This document shows, one piece after another, positions 27,232 to 39,941 of a stretch of DNA of 64,000 nt. This stretch comes from Hydrolagus affinis (taxonomy: Eukaryota): the NCBI GenBank assembly GCA_012026655.1, contig JAAILG010001467.1:1-64000 (forward strand), read 5' to 3'. A model generated the notes under the pieces. The model saw only the letters and a program-made list of their open reading frames with translations, was not told the origin of the DNA and ran no database searches. Made by a program: the position numbers and the translations under genes. The stretch's first letter is position 1. Every line of letters begins with the position of its first letter.

Positions 27232-28402
27232 ATAAACCACAGTACCCAAATGCAAACTAGTTAATTTGATTGATAACTTTGCCTTTACTCCACATAGGCT
27301 GCCTCAGGGAAGTTTTTTTTATTGACCAAAATGAAATATTGCATGAATCAGCTTGGCTTCTTTATTATTACAGGGCGAACAATAAGGTTTCAGTAAACAA
27401 GTAAATGAACCACAAAAACAATACGTTTCAAAGATGTGGCAATAAGTGAGAAATGCTAGAGATTGTTTTTTGAGGTCTCATGCATTTTAGTTAACTAAAT
27501 AACTAATGAAAGAAATATTCCAAAATGAAATTGCATTTTTCCTCCCTCAGTGAACTGCACAAGTATCAGATCACGTGAAAGATACCAGTGAAATCTACCT
27601 ATATGCAAAACTCACAGCAAGCAGCAAAAAACTAATTCAGATTAGTAACTAACCAAATGCAGCAGCAAAAACTATTTTTTAAATATATATCCAAGATGAA
27701 GAAATGCTCTCTTGTTTTTCTACTGCTCATCTGATGTTTGCTGATACTCCAAGCCACAGAACACTCAAAAGATTTCTTTAAAAAAAAGTTAGAAGGGAAC
27801 TCCAAACGTTGGGGTTAGGGTTATGAAAAGTTAAAAAAAAATGGAATCTGAAGACAAGGAAGCTGGACTGTTTCAGAGGTAAGTTATTTCGTCCTGAACA
27901 CTTTGTTATTGTTCATCATCTCCTGAAATACTCCCAGCTAGTTAAGTGATAATATACCTTCAGGTTAAGTATCTCGCCCAGTTTGTTAGACCTCTGTGAT
28001 GCTGATTTTGATAGTACAACATACACAGTACCCAGCTTATAAACAGTGGAAAATTACATGCATTTTTTTTTCCTTTTTAAAAATCCCCCATAAATTGCAC
28101 TTTCCTCTTTAAAGGAATGTCCTGTTATCATTCCCAAGCTAATAGAGTGCCTTGATTCCCCCTGAACCTTTAACAATACCATGAGAGGAGAAAAGCAAGC
28201 CAGGTATGATATGTCCGAATTGAGTTTCCCCCACTCAGCATTTTGACCTGTGAAGGTGCAACAAAGATATTCTGGAAACGCATTGGGCCTGAACTGATCT
28301 CTCAACAGTTTATAGCACAGAACATTGGTAGCATCAATAGCACATGACAATTTAAAAACTATCTTTTCCCACTTTTCTATAAAAAAACAGAAATATTATT
28401 AT

Positions 28403-28840
28403 TTCAGCTATGAGGAAAGGTTAGAGAGGCTAGGTTTATTCTCATTGGAACAAAGAAGGTTGCAAGGAGACCTAATAGAGGTTTTTAAGTTCATGAGGGG
28501 ATTCGACAGAGTAAACAGTGAAAAACTGTTTCCACTGGTGGGCATATCAGTGACTCGTGGTCACAGATTTAAAATAGTTTCAAAAAGAAGCAGAGGGGAG
28601 GTGGGGAGAAATGTTTTCACCTAGCGAGTTGTTCGAATCTGGAATGCATTGCCTGAAAAGGTGGTGGAGGCCAATTCGATAATAACTTTTAAAAGAGAGG
28701 TAGATATTTATGTGGGGAGGACGGGTTTGCGAGGTTATGGGGAGAGAGCTGGGAGTGGGATTAAATTGCTCTTTTTAAAGAGCCATCACAGACTCGATGG
28801 GCCAAATGGCCTCCTTTTGTGCCATAAGATTCTATGATTT
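28403..28840 (+). mobile_element. CR1-clade LINE 3' end (HER1-like)
   Basis: Translation SYEERLERLGLFSLEQRRLQGDLIEVFKFMRGFDRV...TRGHRFKI; tail gatgggccaaatggcctcctt...ttctatgatt. Confidence 0.93.
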
Positions 28841-29918
28841 AAAATGAAAGCCCAACCATACTTCAATGTCAGTAAAGCTCCAGTTTATTTACTGGGCTGG
28901 GTCATATTCATGATTCCTAAAGCTTTGTTCTTATACTGAGGACATCAGAACTCATTCACTTAATTATTGTCTTGCAAGTGCCTATTAGCTGGTGATCTCT
29001 AATATAAACCAGGCAATTCACAATTTTAATATGCAGCAAACTGCTAAAGAAATGGCTTACTTACATTTCAAATGTTTTTATCATGTTTATCACACTTGAA
29101 AACATTACCACTAGGACTTAAATGGACATTAACAACACAATTAAGTTATTTATTTTAGAAAATAAATGTAAACAGTGAAAGTGTTAGCTTTTTAAAAAAT
29201 ATTATATGCATAAATATGAGAAACATGCCTCAAGTAGTCTTGATACTTTAATGCAAATTTTTGTAATATTTTACCGAAACAAAAGTACACCTTTGGCATT
29301 TGCTTTGATATACCTTCTAAATCCCACACCAATAATCATCAAAACAGAATAAGTGAGTGTGGAAATTCAAAAAGGTTGCTCAGAGAACATTCTTAAATTG
29401 CGTGCCTCACGCAAAGAAACGCACAAAAATATTGCCGCACACCTTTGCTTTTGAACAACTGCCTTTCTGCATTTTAACTTTATTGTTGGTAGGAATACAT
29501 GTTCTGCTGTAGGCTGACCTCCACTCCACCCACAGCAAGCAGCTGTTTTAAGACACTAGTCTTTGCTCCAATTGCTAACCCCACTCCAGAATGAAAAACG
29601 AACGAACCAAGCTAACAGAACTGAAGGTAAGGAGAACTGAATGTCAGACAATAGACATCACCACGTTCAGTTGTGAACTTTTCCCCATCTCTAAAGGACG
29701 ATTAATTATGGAGGCCTTTGGGGTAGGTCAAAGCAAGGGAGAAACTATTGTTGGCCGAGTTCTACTGCCAGTATTCATGTTTGTTAAATGGCTGTGCCTT
29801 TTGAGAGACAGCAGGCAGGACTAGCAGCTACAGCAACTACCAAAATAATCGATAGTTTATTTAAAACAGGAAATGAATTTTCTTTCTCTCTTTCTGATAT
29901 GGGATTGCTCCTTGTGTT

Positions 29919-30288
29919 ATAATAATAATCCTTGCATTTGATATAGCACCTTATTATGTCTTCGAGACATCTTAATTACATCTTTGAGACAACAAGTGAA
30001 TGGACTGTATATTTTGTGGGTGGAACACGGCAGCCAATTGCACACAACAGTATCCCACAAATAGTCACAGATTGAGTGACCAAATTATTATTATACTTTT
30101 GAAAGGATTATTACCCCTGGAAAAACGATCTGCCAATCGACTAATAATTGAGTTTCTGCTCATTGCTGGGTAAACAGAGGTGTGTAGAGTAAGGAAATTT
30201 GCCCAATATTTTGCCCTGCCTGGGAATCAAACCCAGGTCATCTCACTTGTGGGGCGAGTGCTTTAACCAATGTGCTACAGGACTCCAG
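29919..30288 (-). mobile_element. Full-length tRNA-derived SINE
   Basis: Reverse complement of the 446/35363 family: tail aataataatccttgcatttgatatagc, head ...gagtgctttaaccaatgtgctacaggactcca. Confidence 0.88.
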
Positions 30289-31212
30289 AGTTTATTTAAA
30301 AAGGGGAAGTGAATGAATTTTCTCTCTCTCTGATGTAGCAATCTCTCTGATGTGCTCCTTGTGTTGTTATTCCATTTTCACGTGAAATCATTTACTCGCT
30401 GAAGGACAAGGAGTAAAAGAGTGAGCCCCAGTGTTAGGCAAGTTGGAGATGGCCTCCCAATGGCACTTTAAAAAAAAAGACGCTCTTTTCACCACGGCAA
30501 TTGAGGTAGGGAAAACAGATAAACTCAAAGAATGGAGACTTCTTCTCCAGCATTAAATGGAGTAACTGATAAGGTCAGACACATGATACCCAAAGACACA
30601 GATCCCAAACTTTCAATTCAAAGAACGCTTCTATGCTAATACTACACAGGGACGATCTTTCAAAGCACAAAGATCATAGCATTCCAAACAATCCCACTCA
30701 AACTTTATGAAGTAGGAGGAAAATGCTGTAAATAGTAAAGCATGACAGAAGAGCCTTGAACTATTCTGAAGGAAAGATGAGACCATTCCAAGCCAACAAA
30801 AAAAAACTCTTTCCCATAGGCTCCTCTGAACTGTGATACATTCGAAGACACAGCTATTGAAAGCGAGGACAATTACGGGCTATACTCCAGCAGTAAATGC
30901 CTTATTCATCTCAACAAAGCCTAATCACCAAGGGGGGGAGGAAGAAAAAAAGCGGAACCCAAATTTAAGTCACATTTCGTGAAATACTGTTATCCAGTAA
31001 GTACCTGCGAGTTACACGTTAACCAAATATCACACAAGAGTTTAACGAGAAGACGACTGAGAAAAATGATCAATAAATCACATACACAAGTAAATAGAAA
31101 TGAGCAACACAAGGAGAAAGAGACTTAATTATAGATTCACTGTGCACAATACATGTAAACCAGCTTTCAACTTTAGATACAACAATAAAAAAAACTCTGA
31201 ATACCTTATATA

Positions 31213-31232
31213 GAGAGAGAGAGAGAGAGAGA
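31213..31232. repeat. (GA)n microsatellite
   Basis: Read directly from the sequence. Confidence 0.85.
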
Positions 31233-32237
31233 AAGCGGAAAAAGAGACAGCATTTCAGAAAAGTAATGACAGAACAAGTCAACATCAAAAAGATGGTAAC
31301 AGGAGTCTTATTCATTTCCAGAATACAGAACAAGGTGAAAAACAACTTTGATGATTCCAAGTTTGGCAAAAGTACAATTTGCTGAATCTGCGAGGTTTAA
31401 TATTTCATGTCTTCTTTGTGTAACTTACTTGTCACATTGGTGTCAGTCAGGAGGCAAGATTGCGTTATGTATACGGCAGCTAACAGAATCAGCACTTTCT
31501 TTAAGTTCTAATGTCAGCTTGATGGTGGGGGGATGAAGACATTATAAATAGTCAATTAAAATGAGTACATCTGCTGCACAACATAGCATCTTAAAAGCAG
31601 AGGATCCTGTACACTGGGATACGCACAGAGGATAATGAGTCAGAGGCTGGTGTTCTTCAGAAGTGCACTTACTGAAAATGGTTCTATTCATGAATGAGAA
31701 GGAAAGATGTATGCATTTGTATGGAGTTAGAGGAGGAGCAAGAACAGAGAGAGAGAGAAAAAGGGAGTAAGGAAAAAATACAAGACACAACTCCACATCT
31801 ATTATTTACACAATTTTTTTTAAAAACAAAGGTATGATCCACAGGGCAATGGTCTCAAAGAATCAATGTAAGTGTTGACCCACTTTGAACTGATGAGTAA
31901 TATTGTGGCTCGGTTTATGGAGCACAGAGCACCCTGCATTACTGTTGAGTTGCCTTGTGAGTTCTGGGGAAGGAAACATTGTCTGCGTTCAGGACAAGGT
32001 AAGCATTGTGAAACAGTTTAGGATGGTACTTCACAAGCAATTAAGGTCAAGGAAAATCATTGTTTTGGTAGGCAAATCTGACAGCAATTTACACCAGCTA
32101 AGTTCCAAAAGCAGCCATTAGGTAGGTCCCTGGAGACCAATTACCCCAGAGAACTGTGTCCAAGACACCAGGAGAAAATCTCTTTTTTTATTTGAAAAAC
32201 CCAATGGGAAACTTAGTATTTGCCTGAACCAGGTAGA

Positions 32238-32680
32238 TGACAACAACTTGGACTTATATAGCACCCGCTACCCTGGATGGCACCTCAGAGCACTTAACAC
32301 TGGCGGAGCCCAACTTCAAGCTGCGGCGGGGGGCCATAAACATGGTCAAGGAGGAAGGTTTTCATGTGATGCTTGATAAAGGAGAGGGGGCAAGTCAGAG
32401 GGATTGGGGGAGATTGTTCCACAGTTTGGGGGCATAGTGGCTGAAAGAGTGACCTCCGATGGTGGGGTGGGTGTGAGAGACAAGTAGGAGGCCAGTCAAG
32501 TGGAGGTTCTGGGTGGTGGTTTGGGGAGCTAGGATATCGGAGAGGCAGGGAGGTGCCAGAGAGTGAGTGGATTTGAACACAGGTGTGCGGATCTTGAAGT
32601 CTATTCGTTTGTTGATGGAGAGCCAGTGGAGCCTGGGCAAGAGCTGGTGAGATGTGGGTACAGAACTTACATGTGACATG
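32238..32680 (-). mobile_element. L2 LINE 3' fragment, apparently next to or inside a degraded Deu-SINE (~32030-32237)
   Basis: ORF RLHWLSINKRIDFKI...PTIGGHSFSHYAPKLWNNLPQSL; tail caacaacttggacttatatagc. Confidence 0.88.
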
Positions 32681-34179
32681 CATATAAGTCAGCTACATTA
32701 CGAGTACAAATCTTAATGTGTGTTTCAACTATTTGCCACTTTTTTGTCTTGTTGATTTTTCCCACCCCAAAGAACACTCATGAGACATTCTTCAAACAGC
32801 CTGACTGACTTATCAGACCTATTGTGTCATTTGCAACACAATGCAAATGGTTCATTGATTTACTGCCAACTTTACTCAAAGTATATAGTTCAAATGAGGT
32901 TTCCAGCAGAAGTCCCAGTCTGGGTACAAAATAATGCCCCAAGCAGTTTAATGAAAGGAAATATTTTCTCAAACTTCTCCTGAACAAAGACACAACAAAA
33001 TAAGTTTTATTTTAGTTAGAAGACAGCAATGCACCATTCTCAATTATCCTCCCTACCTCACACAAGTTAAAGAAATCCTCCTCACAGGGCTGGCAAAATT
33101 AATCCCATTGAGCCCAAAGCAAAAAAACCACAAGCCAAACACATCACTGGCATTATTTTACTCTGCAATTAGTCTCTCTTCCACAATGGAAAAAAATCCC
33201 ATAAAAAGCATGACTGGAATTTTTTCCTGGGAAAGCAACACATTGTGACCTATTATACGAGTTATGTAATCCATGCGTAAACACATGTGCATTATGTGAG
33301 TTGTGTTCAACCCTCAAACTCCCCTGCTCAATCCTTCTCACATTCAGGTTGAGCTTTGTGCTGAAGGAACACCAACTACACATTTGATACATCTCATAAT
33401 TGAAAGCTGAAATTTACCAAGATTGGAAGACTCCATCATATAGAAAGAGAGGAACAAAAGTTTGTTCCACCATAAGAAACTTAAGAGGCAACGGATTTGG
33501 GTAATAATGATTTTTGGGGAGCCTTTCTTGGAGTGCTTCTCTAATGTACAGGCACTAAAGAACATAAGTCAGATCCAAGTTTTCCCCCTCAGCAGTTTAA
33601 GTGCTTGGTCTGTGAGAAGCAATTTTACCAACCGAATATTCAAATCATTTAAGCAAATAATTGAATATATTAAATGATACAATGTGGTGCTGTGCAACTT
33701 CCCAGATCAAAATGGGGGATTCAGCATTCAGCACAGTGAATGCGCTCATACGTCTGAAACATGACCCAGATGATTTGTTCAGGCATCACAGATTCCTTGC
33801 CATGCAAATCCCTGCACAACTCGTTACTTCATTTGGTTGCGGAAAGAAGTTGATGGAAGTTCAAAGTTACCAAAGGTATCAAAGTTACATTGCTACTCTG
33901 ATAAAGTATGGCCTTTAATTTGTACATATTTGTAATGGCTGTTTTACACTTTCTGGGAAATTGGACTTACTTTATTCCAAGCTCAGTACCAGGGTTGAAA
34001 CACTGCAGCCTCACTAGCAGTATTTTTTTCTAAGCCAATTGATCAGACTCTTCCATCCTTTTCCTATAGTTTGATGCCCCATTAATTAACGACAGGCTAG
34101 CCTGAAGACCAGTAGTCTCATATGGGAAAACTTACATTGAAGACCTCATAACAAACATTTGAGATGTATATCGCTTTAA

Positions 34180-34700
34180 TAACAAACACTTGTGTTTAAT
34201 ATTATACCTTATGTAGTTGAGACAACTCAAATCGCTTCACAGAAATTACTGCAAAATGTAGTGACTGTGTATTTGTGGGTGAACTTGGCAGCTAGGTTTG
34301 CACTCATCAATGTCTCAAACAGTCATGAAGTGAATAACAAATTTTATCTGTTTTTTTGTTGGGCACGAGACCAGGAGAACCTCCCTTCACTTTTAGAATA
34401 GTGCCTTTAGCTGTTTAACATCCACCTGATCAGGCAGATGGGACATCAATTTAATCCTCAAATTTGATAAAGTTTGCATTTGATATTGTGGTTTATCACG
34501 CTGTCCAAGATGTCTGTAACTACTTCACAGGATATTCTGTAAAGTGGATTGACTGTGTACTTTGTGGGTGAAATGCAACTGCCAATTGCACACAGCAAGG
34601 TGCTACAAACAACATGGAGTGAGTGACCAATTATTTTGTTTTATTTGGGGGATTTGATGGCCACACCACCAGGAAAATTACCTTCTCTTTTGACACATGC
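34180..34700 (-). mobile_element. Two adjacent old SINE copies with Deu-domain similarity
   Basis: gaccaggagaacctcccttc...gaatagtgcc...catccacctgatcaggcagatggg in the first copy; ggccacaccaccaggaaaa in the second. Both have the L2-type tail. Confidence 0.7.
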
Positions 34701-35362
34701 CTTCTCTACACACACTCCTTTGAGTAGAAGGGTTTAAAAGGAAAGCCTCATATTGAGATTTTAAACTCTCACAACTAGACTCTTAAAATTGGGAGGTAAC
34801 AACAGACAACAATACACCAGACAGCTTAATCTGTTCGTGTCCTTGAATCGCTTTGAGACATAGGTGTTTGTAACATTTGTTCATATTGTACTCCTTCAAG
34901 GGACAAAAATTAATGGCAAGAATATGTCTGTCCTTGAAAGCAAACACAAAGAAGCAAACTCTACACAAATATCTTATCATTTAAACTCTGAAATTTGAGG
35001 AAGAGACATAGAAAGACATTAGAAAAGAAATGGCAAACCAGAAAGTTACCATTCTTTGAAAAATGACAGATCACAAAATGCAAGTGGAAATCCTTATGAA
35101 TGGTAGATGGTAATATCTGTAAAATGTGTGATATTTCACTGTGCTTGGGAGTACAGACCCTGCCAGTTATTTGCATGGCTTGTGGCAATAATATCCAGTG
35201 GTGTGTCAACCAACAACTTCAAGCCAGTCTTGAAGCTAGTGATGAACAACTTTGACAGTGTTAAAAACCAACAGGCTGTAATTTTCCCAAATTGCAACCC
35301 TAAAGCAGTAGTAAATGGACAAGGCTGGCTGGAAGAGGTTCATCTCACTCTGCCTTTAGGCA

Positions 35363-35680
35363 GAGTCTTGTAGCTCAGTGGTTACAGCACTCGCCTTGCA
35401 AGTGAGAGACCTGGGTTCGATTCCAGGCAGAGCGAAACCTTGGGCAAGTTTCCTTACTCTATATGCATAATAATAATCCCTCCAAAAAATAATAAATTGG
35501 TCATTTCAATCTACAACTGTTTGTGGGACACTGCTGTGTGCAACTGGCTGCTGCATTTTGCTCACAAATTATAGTCAATTCACTTTACAGTATATTCTTT
35601 GAAGCACTTTGAGATGCCTAGAAGATGTGAAAAACGCTATATCAAATGCAAGGATTACTATTATGAAGATTATTATTATT
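35363..35680 (+). mobile_element. Full-length tRNA-derived SINE (head resembles tRNA-Ala TGC)
   Basis: TAGCTCAGTGGttacagcactcgccTTGCAAgtgagagacctgGGTTCGATTCC: A box, anticodon-like loop and intact B box, followed by body and (tta)n tail. Confidence 0.9.
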
Positions 35681-36699
35681 AAAAACATTAGGATGCACAA
35701 GTCAGGGCCAAATTGTATTTCAACAATTTGAAAGAACGCTAGAGAGCTTCTGTGATGATCTGACTACTTACAAGGCAATGTGTGGCTGGCCTCACAATGC
35801 CTGCCCATTATATGGAAGAGGTAATTAAACAGTCATCAGTAGTATTTAATTAAAGACTCCGTCGGGTGGCACCTTAGCAGGTCCAAGGTGTTTGTCATTT
35901 CAATGTGGAAACATGTCAGGCATCTACTGTAGAATGAGATGCTAATCCGATTTGAATACAGAACATTTACTAAGTATACATGACAAATAATCCATTGAAA
36001 TCTATAAATCAATGCATGAATTTATGATTGATCCTCTAATTTTTTTTGTTGCAGTACTGTACCAAAAAAAGTTGCATTTTAAATAGTGACTCATCATGTC
36101 AAAGTGTCTCACAGCATTTAAAGATTTAACCTCTATCGTTTCATATGGCATGACTTCAGGAGCTAGAGTTAAAGTTAGAGTTAAACATACCATACATATG
36201 CCAAAAGACAAACATGCTGATCAGTAAAACAGTGTATGCAATATTCTCCACCTCAAAGCCACAAAATCCTTTTGTATGGTTCCCCACAGTACATTCACTT
36301 CTCATAAACTGGTATACATCCATAATGAAATATGAAGGGAGATTACAGAAAACAAGTGCACAGAAGAATTGCCTCAAAAAACTATTGCTAGCACACAAAT
36401 TTGTGTTGTTCTCTCATTAGCAGATTGCATGATTCATTGTGATCTGAGCAGGCACAGTACTTAATTCAAAATATTACATGAGTTGTACAAAGAACAAATA
36501 TGGCAATCCCTATCAGAGTAACAAAAATGATACAACACCGTTTTTAAAAGAATTCTAAAGAAGTGTCCACATTTTGCTTCCCTACCACTTTTTCCCCTCT
36601 TCCACCATTCTTTTCATTCTCTTCCCTTCTGAAGACAAAGGACACTTTTCATTCCACTGAGGTACAATTTGATAAGGGACCACAATCTCCTGCACCTTT

Positions 36700-36990
36700 T
36701 CCAACGAGGTTATTCATCAGAAGAGCCGGTGGGGAGCAGAGAAAGTACACTGGAGTGGCAACCAAACCCGATTATGTCCTCCCACGTACCTCCAGTAATG
36801 ACTGATGGATTGTGCTCAGTGAGTGATCAATAATGGGATATCAGGCTGATTTGATATACCTGACCAGTACCACTGAGGCCAAGTCACTGCCCCTCTAGTG
36901 TCGCTTTGATAATCTTAAATCAGGAGAGACTTGGGACTGAATCTGGGACCTTCTTGGTCTGTAGGATTTAACTTAAATGACCTATCGAAG
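36700..36990 (-). mobile_element. Ancient degraded tRNA-type SINE-like repeat
   Basis: cactgaggccaagt...gggactgaatctgggaccttcttggtctgta resembles a reversed B-box head of old chondrichthyan SINEs; family not identified. Confidence 0.4.
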
Positions 36991-38379
36991 GAGGGCTCTC
37001 CACATTTTGAAAGCTTGCAAACTTCCTGGAGGTGTTGGTCAGAATTATTTACTGTTGATTTGTGATTTTACTGATGCAGTTATTTTTTAAACTGATATCC
37101 CAGAGCTCAATTACACTCCGCGCGCTTAAGATAACATACCCCCTGAAACTGAATGAGATACAAAGTTAAAACCACTAAATGGCAATTAGGATTAGTATCA
37201 ACCCCCTGAAGTCAATCCACTCTTTTAACCCTTTTGCTGACACTAAATGGATATTCAGCTTTGAATAAATTGGATGGCAGATAAAAAGGTTTAAGCCAGT
37301 GCACTTCTATGCAGCCAGCCACTCTGTTCACCTACAGATACAGTTACTACAATTTATAGTAAATCCTATGAAGCACTTTGTGATGTATCGATGATGTAAC
37401 AAGGCTCCATCTCAAATCCAAAGATTTTATTTCAAAACTCCATCTTCCCAAGTGAGATATGTGCATCCTGACGTTCCCAGTTATTTCCTCAAACTCCTCA
37501 GATCGAAACGTTGCAAGCTTTGACTTGTGGCACTAAGTGTGAATGTACGGAAATCTTTCTTTCTCCTCCCCTCTCATAGCCTTTTAACTAGGTTTCCCCA
37601 GGCTGCAGAGTTACTCAGCCGAGAGGACAGCCAGTCAAATTGCTCCCAAGTCTTTGCCGAAGCAGTTTCCATCTGGCCTCGACCAGGTGCCCAAGAGCAG
37701 AGTGGCAACAACCCTGCCCCCAATTTGCCTTTTCCCCTAAGGGAGAGCAGCTGCTTGAAGCTTTTCAGCGATGTGGCTGAGATCAAAAGCTCAATGATGT
37801 GGAGAACCAGAAGAGTTATCCCACTATCTGCCACTGCTTCATTGCATGTGCTGAAGTCAATCAAATCCTTATGTGCCCCAACACCGATTTTACATCTGGA
37901 TTGCAAAACAATGGATATAACTTTCTGCTTTTGAGGTCATATGTTGGTGCAAAGAGATTCTCTCAAGATGATCTATGCTTTCTCTTTAACATTGAATCAT
38001 TTATATTTTTAAGCTTATATTTGTAATAGAGACTGACATTATACAATTTGAGGTATTCTTTTTTCTCACTTTCAAAAGGAATAGTCAGCAAAATGTGCCA
38101 TTATGGATGATGTTTCATTGGTTAGGGTATCGTAGGGAACAAAATGCAACATCCTATTCTCAAATAAAAATCTAGAGTACATTAATCATAGGGACCTAGT
38201 CTCTAACTGACTTCATGCACTTGTAAGAAATACAGGAACAGATTCTAGTACCATCAACAGAAATCACAATGTCCACACCAATAAAATGTGTACAACAAAA
38301 ATGACCTTTTAATGTAGCCCAACAGCAACAATACTTACCTGTACAAAGTGACAGTGCTTGATGTTAAGAGTTACTTGAA

Positions 38380-39157
38380 ATAATAATAATCCTTGCATTT
38401 GATACAGCACTTTTCAACAACAACAAAATTACATGTATAGAGCGACTTTCACGTTGATAGGACGTCCCATGGTGTTGAACAGTTAGGTCGGTACCCGCGC
38501 AGGTGTGGGGGCGGTCGGTGTGGGGGGAAGGAGAGTAGGAAAAGGGTGAGAGTTAGGCGGGGAGCAGAAGGCACGGTTGAAGAGGAAGGTCTTGAGACCG
38601 GCCTTGAAGGAGGAAAGGGAGGAAGTGAGGTGAAGGGATTGCGGGATGGAGTTCCAGAGTATAGAGGCAGAGAGGTTGAAAGCCCAGCCACCGATGGTAG
38701 GGCAGTTCAGGCGAGGGACATAGAGCAAGCCAGAGCCCACTGAACGAAGGGGACAGGCAGGCTGATAGGGAGACAGTAGGTCGGAGAGATAGGCGAGGGC
38801 CAGGACGTAAATGGCCTTGAAAGTGAGGACGAGGATCTTGAATTCAATCCTCTGGGGGAAGGGGAGAAGTCTTCTAGACTTCCCAAAGTGCTTTCTACAT
38901 CTTCTAGACGTCTCAAAGGGCTTCACAGAATACACTATAAAGTGAATTGACTATATACTGTATATAGGCGAAACGCAGCAGCCAATTGCACACAGCAGTC
39001 TCCCACAAACAGTTGGATTTAAATGACCAATTCATTGTTGTTTTTGAGGGATTATTATCAGGCATGTAGAGTAAGGAAACTTGCCCTATCTGGAAGCGAA
39101 CCAAGGTCTCTCACTTGCAAGATGAGTGCTGTAACCAGTGAACTACAGGAATCCACA
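38380..39157 (-). mobile_element. tRNA-SINE interrupted by an L2 3' fragment (L2 ~38416-38860)
   Basis: SINE tail at 38380-38415; L2 ORF QRIEFKILVLTFKAIY...PTIGGWAFNLSASILWNSIPQSL; the SINE body and head resume at ~38890-39157. Confidence 0.88.
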
Positions 39158-39317
39158 ATAATGGACAAATCTACCTATTGTATGGCTTGATGGTTGAGTT
39201 CAGACGTTGCTCCTTAGGGTGATTTGAAGGGCAAGCTAGATTTGCGTCTCCCAACTGTTGTCACTTGGGGTTCAGAAGAGCTTTACAGATGCAGTTAGTT
39301 GTACATGAAAAGTAATA

Positions 39318-39941
39318 CAGTAAAAACTTGTTTATCCATGACCTAATCAACCATAACTTCCATATAACTGGCACCTCATTAAAAAAAAGGTCCCCATTCG
39401 AATAACCGGATCTCATCCGGCACAGTAGAGGTGGCGCATTTAATGAGTCAATTGTCACAGGAGAATACTGTATGATTAGTTCTGAATGCTACCGGTAGTG
39501 ACACTTCTGGGTTTTCACTTAAAGGGGCACTGTTTTTCTTCTCCCTCTTCCTCCCTTCCCTCTCTCCGAGAGAGGAGGGGGAGAGAGAGGTGGGGGAGAG
39601 GGAGTGAGTTGATTAATTTAGATGGAAAATGAGGAGTGGAGGGGGTTGGGATTGGAGCCATTGACAGTATCACTTTAAGAAAAAACTCCCCCGTCGGCCA
39701 TTGTAGAAGTTTGCTTTGTGATTGTGTGCTGTGTTTATAGACCATAATCAATATTTATTGCTTTATTGGTAAGTATCCATACAATATTCTGTTTATTTAG
39801 TCTATTATTAATATGGTATGTTTAAAAAAAGTTAATTTTTTTTGTGTTTGGTTTTCGGCAGCTGGCCGCCCAAATATCCGGCACACGGTTTAACCAGCAT
39901 TGGCCAGGTCCCGAGGGTGCCGGATAAACAGGCTTTTACTG
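39318..39941. mobile_element. Non-autonomous Tigger/pogo-like DNA transposon (624 bp)
   Basis: TA|CAGTAAAAACTTGTTTATCC ... GGATAAACAGGCTTTTACTG|TA: terminal inverted repeats with a TA target duplication. Confidence 0.85.

Noticed and set aside
35365-35435. tRNA gene (Ala-TGC-like); likewise 470-541
   Set aside because: The acceptor stem is imperfect and the sequence runs directly into a SINE body present in many copies, so it is a SINE head.
37527-37934. Overlapping ORFs on both strands (135 and 110 aa)
   Set aside because: No recognisable homology or clear splice signals linking them to the gene; locally higher GC explains the lack of stops.
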